Source: a virus
DNA: 64,000 nt
Strand: one strand, 5' to 3'
Virus record (IMG/VR): IMGVR_UViG_3300037264_003124
Coordinates: 6,443 to 70,442 of that record
Shown here: positions 18,470 to 27,119 of the stretch, one piece after another
Layout: each line of letters opens with the position of its first letter
How positions within the stretch are numbered: position 1 is the stretch's first letter
Notes under the pieces: generated by a model
Told to the model about the DNA's origin: nothing
Seen by the model: only the letters and a program-made list of their open reading frames with translations
The model's database searches: none
Translations under genes and position numbers: made by a program

Positions 18470-18580
18470 GACTTTCCTGAGTCCAGGGCACCCGCCCGCC
18501 ACGCGGGAGAGAGTGCCGGCTATTCGGGCCGGCTCGATTGCGGTAGCAAAAGAAGGCCGGCGTCAACTTCAACGCTGGCC

Positions 18581-18609
18581 ATTATAAAGACTACGCTATA
18601 CCCTGTCAA
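18581..18609 (-). promoter_or_regulatory. Consensus sigma70 early promoter with operator in the spacer
   Basis: TTGACA-GGGTATAGCGTAGTCTT(17 bp)-TATAAT on the minus strand. Confidence 0.8.
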
Positions 18610-18838
18610 CAGCCAAAGCGTCTGGTTCCAAGAAAATTCTTTCTGGGTTTACCCCCGCCGCTTTGGCCAATTTCTCGCAGGTTTCGATGGTCGGGCTGAT
18701 GTGGCCGTTGAAAATCCGGTTGATTGTGACGAAATGAATCCCGGAAATTTCGGAGAGGGACGTTTGGGAAATGCCCTTTTCCTTGCACGCCTGGCGAAGA
18801 TTCGACACGAAATTATCGATGAGGGCCACGTCTTGCAT
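18596..18838 (-). CDS. XRE-family repressor
   Basis: NLRQACKEKGISQTSLSEISGIHFVTINRIFNGHISPTIETCEKLA. Confidence 0.88.
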   Translation of the reverse strand: MQDVALIDNFVSNLRQACKEKGISQTSLSEISGIHFVTINRIFNGHISPTIETCEKLAKAAGVNPERIFLEPDALAVDRV

Positions 18839-18844
18839 TACCCT

Positions 18845-18872
18845 ATGGTAGCGACTACGCTATAGCTGTCAA
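18845..18872 (-). promoter_or_regulatory. Repressor promoter (probably leaderless mRNA) sharing the same operator
   Basis: TTGACA-GCTATAGCGTAGTCGC(16 bp)-TACCAT; the ATG lies 7 nt after the -10 box. Confidence 0.65.
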
Positions 18873-19341
18873 TAAAGGGCTGCTGGCCAGTCCGCGACGA
18901 AGTTGTTGAAGCTAACGCCGGGTGGACTGACCAGCAGCTTGTTCCGATTTGTCAACGCCCCGCCCGGCGGTTTGTCGGGACGAACGCCGGGGGCGGCCAC
19001 CAGGCAGGCAGCGAGGTTTGGTTCACGCAGGTTTCGGAAAGAGGTGTGGTTATGGATTACGGAAGGGTCGCTGCTGTCCTGGAGGAGAACATGGTTCCCT
19101 TCATAAAGCACTTGGTAGACATCAAGCGGTTGGAGGATGCTGGTTACGTCTGCCAGAACGTTCACTGGATTCTGGACCGGCTGAATCTCTTAGCCGCTCT
19201 GGAAGCTTCGCGAGCGTCACCTGAAGGAGTTGTAGCGGCTCCCGCAGCAAGTCCAGCGTCGCCGTCAGCCGGTTGACGGCGGCGGTCAGTTCCTTGGTAT
19301 CGGTTTGGTTCTGGTCATTCATCTTTTTTCACTGAGGTCGT

Positions 19342-19548
19342 ATGAAAACCATTTGGGTACGTAGCTGCGGAAGAATCCATGAATTCGAGGCTGACCGCTG
19401 GGTTGCCGGCAACGGGACCCTGGAAATAATCGGCGAAGGCGATTCATACGTCGCTTCGTTCACGACTTGGGACTGGGTGCGGCTGAAGGGCGACGGTGAC
19501 TTGCTGGACGACGCGAACATGCAAAACACTTGCTCCATAGCGGCCTAG
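19342..19548 (+). CDS. Hypothetical protein
   Basis: GAGGT RBS; 68 aa. Confidence 0.5.
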   Translation: MKTIWVRSCGRIHEFEADRWVAGNGTLEIIGEGDSYVASFTTWDWVRLKGDGDLLDDANMQNTCSIAA

Positions 19549-19676
19549 CGGCCAGTTTTCGGCTTTGCTCGATTCGGTTCGCCGCGTTTGGGCTCTGCTC
19601 GGTTTGGCGTACCGCGTTTTGGCTTGCCGGTAGGCTTCTGAAGTCGCCAAAGAGGCCGCCTGATTTGTAGGACCGC

Positions 19677-21029
19677 ATGGACGCTTTTACAACCGTGATT
19701 GCTGTAGACCGCGAGCACCTCGCCGAAATCCGCGAGACGTGGCCGACGTGGCAGCGATTCCACCCGGAGATTGCGGCCAATCCGCTGCTCATGCTGACGG
19801 ACGGCACGGCGGAATTCACCAGCGGATTCCCAGACGGCATGCGCGAATGGCGGCTGCACCAAATAACCACAGCCGACAGCCCCACGCAAAAAGACCGCAT
19901 GCTGTCTAGCCTGTTGCTCGACGCACCGCGTTTAGTGACAACCCAGCAGTGGATCAAAATTGACACTGACACGATTGCCGTCGGACCAGGCAAGCCACTG
20001 ACGAAGTACCTCGGCGTCGAGTCACTCGCCGCCCCAGCGTGGCCGTACACGATTCCGGTCGACGCACTCGACCAACTCGACGCCTGGTGGAAGCGGGCCG
20101 GCGAAGAGGCCGCCACGCCGCCGCTGGCCGAACAAGGCCGCAAGGAGCCGGAGCGGGACCGCGTGCACTTATCGAGAGTCATCGGCTGGCTAACCATCAT
20201 CGACACGGCCTTCTCCCGCCGCGTGGCTGAGCTTGTCCGCCGCTGTTCGCCGCCGTTCATCTCGCACGACACGATTCTCTGGTACGCGGCGCAGCGATGG
20301 GGAATTCCGGCCAAGCCGGCAAACTTCAAGCGAGACGGATGGGACCATGTCCTGGGTCTGCGTAGTATCAAGAGGAGAGTCTCCGAAGTTCAATTGGGGT
20401 GGGAAATGCCTGCCTTCCCGCCTCCTGATCCTTTTGTCGACGAGGAAGTATCACGAATGATGGGCCTTGCTCCACCGCACTCCCGCGTTCTAGCCGGTGC
20501 GCTAAAAAACCACTTCGGCGGCACAGGCAAAAGTCTGGTTGGCGTCGAAATAGGCGTCTACCGCGGCGAGACGGCCTCGCACTTGCTGTCGGTGTTCCCC
20601 AACTTGACGCTGTTCATGGTCGATCCGTGGAGGGAGTTTCCGGCGAGCGAGCACGAGACCTTGCAGTACGACAGAATTAGCTGCCAGACGCAGTGCCAGC
20701 ATGACGAGTGCCGCAAGCTAGCCTATAGGACGACGCAGGAGTTTCGTGACCGGCGGGTTGTCTTGGAAATGACGAGCCGCGCGGCAACAGCGGTGTTGCC
20801 CGACGGACTCGACTTTGGATTCGTTGACGGGCGGCATGATCGTCCGTCCGTGGAAGAAGACCTCCGCGACTTATGGCCGAAGATTCGCTCCGGCGGAGTT
20901 TGTTCCGGGCATGATTTCAATCACCGCCGCTTCACGGGCGTCACGGAAGCGGTCAATGACTTCGTCGCAGCGAATCGACTTGAGCTGAAAACGTACCGTC
21001 GAAAAATTTGGAGCGTGGTGAAACCGTGA
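19677..21029 (+). CDS. Fusion of a GT-A-like domain and a class I SAM methyltransferase (Methyltransf_24-like)
   Basis: N-terminal WIKIDTD (DxD); C-terminal GVEIGVYRG, MVDPW, FVDGRH, GGVCSGHDF. Confidence 0.8.
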   Translation: MDAFTTVIAVDREHLAEIRETWPTWQRFHPEIAANPLLMLTDGTAEFTSGFPDGMREWRLHQITTADSPTQKDRMLSSLLLDAPRLVTTQQWIKIDTDTIAVGPGKPLTKYLGVESLAAPAWPYTIPVDALDQLDAWWKRAGEEAATPPLAEQGRKEPERDRVHLSRVIGWLTIIDTAFSRRVAELVRRCSPPFISHDTILWYAAQRWGIPAKPANFKRDGWDHVLGLRSIKRRVSEVQLGWEMPAFPPPDPFVDEEVSRMMGLAPPHSRVLAGALKNHFGGTGKSLVGVEIGVYRGETASHLLSVFPNLTLFMVDPWREFPASEHETLQYDRISCQTQCQHDECRKLAYRTTQEFRDRRVVLEMTSRAATAVLPDGLDFGFVDGRHDRPSVEEDLRDLWPKIRSGGVCSGHDFNHRRFTGVTEAVNDFVAANRLELKTYRRKIWSVVKP

Positions 21030-21877
21030 ACTGGCCCAGACATTCCGGCTGGCAATCGACTCGAACGGTCGGCCCCACGCCGCCTTTCGTTGAACGCATC
21101 TGCCACCCGCCCGATTGCTGCATCGTGCAAGGTCTCTGGCACCCCGGCGACGACTTCGAGTCGCACGAAGAAAAGGCACGCTGGGAAAACAAGATTGTCA
21201 GCAACGTGCTGAATTCCAGCGGTACGGCCGTGCACAACGTCGGGCGATTAACGGGCCTGTCTGGTGCGGCACTGGCCAAAGAACTAAAGTCGATCGTCTA
21301 CGCATTCGATGAAGCCAGCTACGATGTTCTGGTAAAGGCGGACTTGTCACCAGTACAGTTTTTCGACTACGACCGCTCGCTCTGTGCGTCGAAGAGTCAG
21401 CAATTTCGCCGCAAGCTGCTGGCCATCCGCGACGCCCTGCATAATTATCAGCACGTTCTGTGGATGGACATTGACTGCATCAAACTTGGGCCTTTTCCCG
21501 CCGACTTTTGGGACAGGCTCAAAGATGGTGCACCGATTCAGGCGAAGATTAGACAATACCACCGTCGCAAGGCTCATTGGCGGCATGGACAGGCGCGGAT
21601 CCTGCAAGGCGGGGCATTCATTTACTGCCGGTCGCTGCCGATAATCGAGCGGGCGCTCGACGTGATGGCCACGCCAGTCTATGATCTGGCCCCGCGTTTT
21701 TATCCATCGGGAACTGGTCGTGCATTCGACGACGAAATGGCGATTGCGTGGGTGATTGACGAGATGAACGGCGGCTGGATGGGGCAGGATGCGTACCGCA
21801 AGGGATGGGACGTGCCGCACTACACGATTAGGGGCGAGGTTTGGAAGGTTGAACGGCCGGTGTTTACGGCGAGGTGA
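21026..21877 (+). CDS. Putative glycosyltransferase (paralogue of 34231-35010)
   Basis: FRRKL..I...L....HVLWMDIDC DxD motif; DDEMAI. Confidence 0.65.
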   Translation: MNWPRHSGWQSTRTVGPTPPFVERICHPPDCCIVQGLWHPGDDFESHEEKARWENKIVSNVLNSSGTAVHNVGRLTGLSGAALAKELKSIVYAFDEASYDVLVKADLSPVQFFDYDRSLCASKSQQFRRKLLAIRDALHNYQHVLWMDIDCIKLGPFPADFWDRLKDGAPIQAKIRQYHRRKAHWRHGQARILQGGAFIYCRSLPIIERALDVMATPVYDLAPRFYPSGTGRAFDDEMAIAWVIDEMNGGWMGQDAYRKGWDVPHYTIRGEVWKVERPVFTAR

Positions 21878-22758
21878 AGTTGTCGCGTTGTGTCATCTAC
21901 TTCTTGTGCGGTCGCTGGCGGCAGTATCTCGGACCGCTCGTCGTCTCGCTGCATTCGCTGCGGAAGTGGTGGGATGGGCCGGTATGCGTGATGGCAGGCA
22001 ACGACATTTTGATGGTTTCGGAACGCACGGAACCTAAAGGCCCAATTGGCAGTCCGGAATTCTTTAGAAGGGACTGCGAGGTCGCTTATTTGAGCGTCCC
22101 ACTTGCTCCCGTCCGCCGCCACGCCGCCTACGTGACAAAAAGCTCGCTATGGCGACAGAGTCCTTTTGATCAAACCGTATTGCTGGATGCCGATACCATC
22201 GTCACGGGCCCCATCGACGAGCTATTCGACTCCCCGCTGACCTTGACCAAGTTCGCCCACTGGATTACCACCGGCCGCATCGTCGGCGGCCGAATTGCCC
22301 AATGGGAGCGGCGCGGCATCCACGTAGAAACGGCACAGCGGCTTCGCAGCGAGCCGCAACCGGCAATCAATACCGGCGTCGTCGGCTGGAACCGAACGCG
22401 AGCGACGCCAATTCTGGAAGCGTGGGAGGCCCTGTCGCGAGAAGGGTGGGCGTGCTCGTTCACGGATGAGCTGGCCATGCAGATTTTGGCGGCTGAGCGG
22501 CCGGACGAATTACGGCTGGTTGACGATCGATTCAACTGCTCCGCCTCGTTCGGCCAGGCCGTTGATGACGTGCGTGTCCTGCACTTTCACGGCCGCCGGA
22601 TGATTCCCGGCCGCGGCAAGCCGGATTGTGCCGCTCTGTATCGGCCGCACCTCTTGGCGGCCCTAGAGGCCAACGCGGGCTGGATTGCCGATTGGCTCGA
22701 AGAAATCGACCCGCCACTGTGGGAGCTGGCCAAGTGCTCGCCAGGCGTCGCGGTCTAG
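21874..22758 (+). CDS. GT8-like glycosyltransferase
   Basis: LVVSLHSLR, K......PFDQTVLLDADT, INTGVV, DE.AMQ, RFN, VLHFHG. Confidence 0.75.
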   Translation: MKLSRCVIYFLCGRWRQYLGPLVVSLHSLRKWWDGPVCVMAGNDILMVSERTEPKGPIGSPEFFRRDCEVAYLSVPLAPVRRHAAYVTKSSLWRQSPFDQTVLLDADTIVTGPIDELFDSPLTLTKFAHWITTGRIVGGRIAQWERRGIHVETAQRLRSEPQPAINTGVVGWNRTRATPILEAWEALSREGWACSFTDELAMQILAAERPDELRLVDDRFNCSASFGQAVDDVRVLHFHGRRMIPGRGKPDCAALYRPHLLAALEANAGWIADWLEEIDPPLWELAKCSPGVAV

Positions 22759-22784
22759 GCTAGGATCACTGTCAGGCCGGCAAC

Positions 22785-22819
22785 AAAAAAGGCCGCGAGG
22801 GACGGGCATCCCTGCGGCC
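22785..22819 (-). terminator. Intrinsic terminator-like hairpin
   Basis: AAAAAA-GGCCGCGAGGGA...TCCCTGCGGCC; the U-tract falls on the minus strand. Confidence 0.5.
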
Positions 22820-22842
22820 GGTACTCAACGGAGGTTCGTTCC

Positions 22843-23925
22843 ATGAGCAGATTCATTCTAGCGTTTCTGGTTGGCCTGTCGACGGCGGCCGGGCAGGACT
22901 TGAGCATTGAATCCAGGGACTATCTCACATTCGGCGAACGTCCAGGAATGTTTAACGGGTTCCGGCCGGGAGTAGGCATTGCGATTGCGGAGGGATGGAA
23001 AGTATGGCGAGGCGGTCAATCAATCGAGCTTCCATTCCCTGAAGTCGAAGAGGAAAAGTGGTTTTGGAATCGAGCATGGGCTCAATTCTCCGTCCCTGAA
23101 TTGCAAGGGAGCATTAGTTCTGCTGTCTTGCGACTTCCATTGAGCGGTCGCACAAATGGACGTCCGCAGATGTCCGAACAAGTTGACCTCGTTTTGCACG
23201 ATGTGACCCTGTGGCCACCGGAAGGATACTCAAGGTCGCCGTTTCCTACAGACGAAGAACTCGCAAACAAAATCGCGACATGGCATGACTTTGGAAACGG
23301 AATGTTTTACGGAATGCGAGATTTTTCACCAGACATACTGACGCCGTATTGGAGTCAGCATGTACCATCTTCTGGAACTGGGTCTGATGGAACGTTCCTG
23401 CCGTATTACACTTCGCCTCCGAACTACGGGATTGTGAGTGGCGACTCACTGCCGTTTGAAAGCTGGATGTTTCACGGCCTTGGAGAGAATTACGACGATT
23501 TTTATCACGACTTCCGCCTTAGTCCCGCTGCCGTTCGGGACATCGCGAATTCTTCAATGAGCTCCTGGATGATTGGTGCAATGTTGTCGCCGCCTACTTC
23601 CCTGACCGAAGGCGAGCAGCCCTACAGCCTGAATGAATACGCCGCAGTTTACGCCAATGAATACCCGCTGATCCTCGACCTCACCTACGGCCCGCCCCCT
23701 CCCCTCGGCGACTTCTCCGGCAACGGCCGCGTGGACCAAAGCGACCTTGACTTCGTGCTGCTGAACTGGGGAATCTTCGACCAAGAGGAGCTAGACGCCG
23801 TGCTGATGACCTGGGGCGATGGCGGGCTAGCGGCGGCCAGTGTGCCGGAGCCGGCGGGCGTTTGGATTGCGGCGGTGGTTGTTATAATTGCGGCGTACTT
23901 CAGGAGACGGGAATGCCCACACTAG
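22843..23925 (+). CDS. Secreted PEP-CTERM protein with a dockerin/EF-hand-like motif
   Basis: Signal peptide; GDFSGNGRVDQSDLDFVLLNWG; C-terminal VPEP, TM helix, RRR. Confidence 0.85.
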   Translation: MSRFILAFLVGLSTAAGQDLSIESRDYLTFGERPGMFNGFRPGVGIAIAEGWKVWRGGQSIELPFPEVEEEKWFWNRAWAQFSVPELQGSISSAVLRLPLSGRTNGRPQMSEQVDLVLHDVTLWPPEGYSRSPFPTDEELANKIATWHDFGNGMFYGMRDFSPDILTPYWSQHVPSSGTGSDGTFLPYYTSPPNYGIVSGDSLPFESWMFHGLGENYDDFYHDFRLSPAAVRDIANSSMSSWMIGAMLSPPTSLTEGEQPYSLNEYAAVYANEYPLILDLTYGPPPPLGDFSGNGRVDQSDLDFVLLNWGIFDQEELDAVLMTWGDGGLAAASVPEPAGVWIAAVVVIIAAYFRRRECPH

Positions 23926-25433
23926 CCGAACGCCTTCACTTGGAATTCAGCCGCCATACGGTGCAGCGGTACGCACGGGCGCTGTCGGCTGAATTCTCCC
24001 GCCGGCAACCAATTCGCTACGGCTGGGAAAAAGTGACGTTCAACGAAGATGACCACCCTCGCGACGACGAAGGAAAGTTTACTTCGTCCGGCACGTCTGG
24101 CCACAAGAGCCTGAAGGCCGACGATATTTACACGGTCAACGACATTGAGAATATAGGCCTGTATCGCAGCTTGGTGAAGGACTTCCGACAGAATGGATGG
24201 AAGGGCCGCCCAGTTCTTGTAGTGGACATTGGCGACGGGCGTTTTCAGGCACTTACGGGAAGCCACCGTGTTATTGTCGCTCAGGAAGTCGGTATTGAAG
24301 TGCCGTCGATGGTGATTGCTGGCCAGATGGCCAAGGAAGCTGCCGAGTTGCTGTTCGTTGGCGACGAAGAGAAAGTAGCCGGATTGAGAAAGCTCGGCTT
24401 GGACTCGGAAGCGGACTTAATGGAACAAGAGAATGCGGTTCAGCACTATTCACGTCGTCTCTCCTCAGAGTTTGCGCGCCGTTCGCCGCATCGCTACGCC
24501 AAGTTTGTCGAGATCGAACATCCAAGGGATGAGGATGGGAAGTTTGCGGATGGTGGCGGATCGTCCAGTACGCAAAGCTGGTCCGGCGTCGAGTGGAAAA
24601 GCCACACGGAGACAAGCAAGACCGGCAAGACTCGTGAGACAAAGCTAGCTACGCTACCGGACGGCAAGCCGCTGCCGGAGCATATCGCCAAGCTACGTAT
24701 CCCGCCAGCGTGGACGAATGTCCGCGTGAATCTCCACCCGGCGGCAGACCTCGTGGCAACTGGAGTCGACGCCAAGGGCCGCAAGCAGGCAATCTACTCG
24801 GCGAACCACGCTACCCGACAAGCGGCGCTCAAGTTCTCTCGCATCCGCGAGCTACAACAAAAGTTTAGCGGCATCCTGCAAGAGAATTCCCAGAATCGTG
24901 CGTCCAACAAAGAGGCGGCCGACGTGACGCTGCTTATTGCGACAACTGGTTTGCGCCCTGGATCGGAACGAGATACGAAGGCCGAGAAGCAGGCCCACGG
25001 CGCGACTACGCTACTCGGCAGACACGTCGTCATCGATGGCGACAACGTGCGGTTGGAATTCGTTGGCAAGAAGGGAGTTGACCTGTCGATTCCGATTCAC
25101 GATCCGCAGGTGAAGGCAATCTTGCGCGAGCGGATGAATCGTGTAGGACCGAACGGGAAGTTGTTCGGAATCACCGATGGACAGCTTCGCGATTACGTCC
25201 ATTCTCTTGACGGCGGGGCGTTTAAGCCCAAGGACCTGCGGACCCACAAAGGCACGTCGCTGGCCGCCACCGAAGTTCGGGAGATCAAGACATTGCCCAA
25301 GAACGAGAAAGAGTACAAGGCAATCGTCCGCCAGATTGCGACGAAGGTATCTACCGCCCTTGGCAACACCCCTGCCATCGCGCTGCAGAGCTACATTGAT
25401 CCAACTGTATTCGCAAAGCTGAGGGCCGCATGA
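23913..25433 (+). CDS. ParB/Srx-like domain plus DNA topoisomerase IB fusion with HPRD..GKF linkers
   Basis: GWKGRPVLV...LTGSHR (ParB/Srx). IPPAWT, GVDAKGRKQ.IY, GLRPGSE, GKKG, KDLRT, LGNT and SYIDP give the TopoIB catalytic set. Confidence 0.9.
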   Translation: MPTLAERLHLEFSRHTVQRYARALSAEFSRRQPIRYGWEKVTFNEDDHPRDDEGKFTSSGTSGHKSLKADDIYTVNDIENIGLYRSLVKDFRQNGWKGRPVLVVDIGDGRFQALTGSHRVIVAQEVGIEVPSMVIAGQMAKEAAELLFVGDEEKVAGLRKLGLDSEADLMEQENAVQHYSRRLSSEFARRSPHRYAKFVEIEHPRDEDGKFADGGGSSSTQSWSGVEWKSHTETSKTGKTRETKLATLPDGKPLPEHIAKLRIPPAWTNVRVNLHPAADLVATGVDAKGRKQAIYSANHATRQAALKFSRIRELQQKFSGILQENSQNRASNKEAADVTLLIATTGLRPGSERDTKAEKQAHGATTLLGRHVVIDGDNVRLEFVGKKGVDLSIPIHDPQVKAILRERMNRVGPNGKLFGITDGQLRDYVHSLDGGAFKPKDLRTHKGTSLAATEVREIKTLPKNEKEYKAIVRQIATKVSTALGNTPAIALQSYIDPTVFAKLRAA

Positions 25434-25603
25434 GCGACAAAGACCCATTCAATACCGGGGCGGACGTGACGTTTCCACGCGACGCGGGCGATTGGCGCAA
25501 GGACGTCAAGGACGACGACCCAGATGACGAGGAGATTGAAACGCCGGCGGACGTAAAGGCGATTCTTGGATTCGACCCGCGCGAATTGAACGATGCAAAT
25601 TGA
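25430..25603 (+). CDS. Small acidic protein coupled to TopoIB (absent from the ORF track)
   Basis: 57 aa, MSDKDPF...DWRKDVKDDDPDDEEIETPADVKAILGFDPRELNDAN; ATGA overlap with the topoisomerase stop. Confidence 0.65.
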   Translation: MSDKDPFNTGADVTFPRDAGDWRKDVKDDDPDDEEIETPADVKAILGFDPRELNDAN

Positions 25604-26306
25604 GATCGTGACTCACAGTTTCGGCCCCTTCTACTTTCGCCTGCTGGATCAACAACTTCGCTCGCTCGACACAATCCCCAACGCCGCCGCGACTGTCTTC
25701 GTCTGGAAGGAGGACATGCTTTTGATTCCTGCGATCATGGGCGGAGTCATTCCACCTGGCGTCTGGTGTCCGCTCGGCAAGCCACAGCTACTCAACCGCA
25801 CAATCGGCCGCAACATGGCCGCGAAGGCAACCACGGCCGATTGGATCTGGTTCACCGACGCCGATTACCTCTTCGGACCAGGCAGCCTCGAATCGCTGGC
25901 CAACCTTGACCCGCACACGGCGTGCATGTACTACCCGCGTAGGATCATGCGGCCGGCGGCTACCGACTATTTCGAAGACTTGGCAAACGACGTGAACCCG
26001 ATGGAACGCTGCACCGTGGCCCATAGGACGCCCTACGCTATCGGCGGCGCTCAGATAGTCCCAGGCCACATTGCCCGTCAGTGGGGCTACCTGGACGGCG
26101 TGCGGCGTTACCAGCAGCCTGCGACGGGCGACAAGTTCTTAGACACTCGCGGCGATGCGGCATATCGGGTTTGGCTAGCCAAGAAAACGGGACTGCCGAC
26201 TATATCGGCAGACATTCCTAACGTCTTCAGACTACGGCACCGGATACCGGAGACGAGCGCGCGGAATCACCTTCTGCCGATGGTGCCAGCCCCGGCGATA
26301 TCCTGA
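25593..26306 (+). CDS. GT2-like glycosyltransferase
   Basis: GRNMAAKATTADWIWFTDADY. Confidence 0.75.
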   Translation: MQIEIVTHSFGPFYFRLLDQQLRSLDTIPNAAATVFVWKEDMLLIPAIMGGVIPPGVWCPLGKPQLLNRTIGRNMAAKATTADWIWFTDADYLFGPGSLESLANLDPHTACMYYPRRIMRPAATDYFEDLANDVNPMERCTVAHRTPYAIGGAQIVPGHIARQWGYLDGVRRYQQPATGDKFLDTRGDAAYRVWLAKKTGLPTISADIPNVFRLRHRIPETSARNHLLPMVPAPAIS

Positions 26307-26631
26307 CAATATCCGACTCGTCGATTTCGTGGCCTGGCAGGGCGTAGTAAGTCTCGATGCCCTCCGTATCTTCCAGGAATACAAACCGATGCGAATGCGT
26401 GGTAATTCGCAAGACATGGCAACTTCCCGGATAAAGTTCAATGTCGTCGTCGATGGTTTCACCAATAACCAGTCTCAGGAGACCTATGCGAACGAACGTA
26501 TCCTGACGCATCCACCTATGGTAATGCGTCGATGATTCCCCACATTTCATCCCCCTGAACCCCACGACCCACACGCTCTTGTCTCGGTAGATCGTCCAGG
26601 ACTCTCCCCACAGGTGTCGGTTGCCGATCAT
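26227..26631 (-). CDS. Hypothetical protein (possible cupin-like)
   Basis: Coupled to the phosphatase gene; STHYHRW motif. Its 3' end overlaps the convergent GT gene. Confidence 0.45.
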   Translation of the reverse strand: MIGNRHLWGESWTIYRDKSVWVVGFRGMKCGESSTHYHRWMRQDTFVRIGLLRLVIGETIDDDIELYPGSCHVLRITTHSHRFVFLEDTEGIETYYALPGHEIDESDIVRISPGLAPSAEGDSARSSPVSGAVV

Positions 26632-27119
26632 GATCCGCTCGACTCCTCGTCGTATTGATCCACTGACCATTCCCCCATAATGTCCATGGATGAATGGTAA
26701 TAATTTCTTCCCCTCGCTAAACCAGGCACAAGTTGCAAGGCCCTAGCGTGCAATTTCTGAAGGTCATTCATGCCACGTCCCGCAAGCTCCCAGGCAGCAA
26801 TAATCGCCGACGTTGGGCCGCGATGCCCGCCTAGTTGGCAATGCGTGAGAATCGGGAGCTTTTTGGACTGGAACGCTATATGGACTACCTGGCATAAGGC
26901 GGACATGTAGTGAGCGTCCACGTCTTCCCGGTCCTTTTTGGACAGTCGGAAATACAGAACGTGGTGCGGAAGCTCCTTCAACTTTGACCAGTACACGTCT
27001 CGTCCATGCCGTGGGCTGAAGTGGTGAGCGATGTTGATAATGGTCCCGACTTTTCCGATGCACTCGAATGGAGCTTCCCAGTTGCCGAACCAAACTTGTT
27101 CGGTCAGCTTGTGGATCAT
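26628..27119 (-). CDS. Dual-specificity/PTP-like phosphatase
   Basis: CX5R loop ILTHCQLGGHRGPT; QVWFGN and IINIA N-terminal motifs. Confidence 0.8.
   Translation of the reverse strand: MIHKLTEQVWFGNWEAPFECIGKVGTIINIAHHFSPRHGRDVYWSKLKELPHHVLYFRLSKKDREDVDAHYMSALCQVVHIAFQSKKLPILTHCQLGGHRGPTSAIIAAWELAGRGMNDLQKLHARALQLVPGLARGRNYYHSSMDIMGEWSVDQYDEESSGS

Noticed and set aside
18869-19322. Several overlapping small ORFs (19046-19276 +, 19122-19322 -)
   Set aside because: I could not decide which, if any, is real; no recognisable motifs.
23913-25433. Tyrosine integrase
   Set aside because: The motifs (IPPAW, GRKQ.IY, KDLRT, LGNT, SYIDP) are those of topoisomerase IB, and no att site or integrase was recognised in the window.
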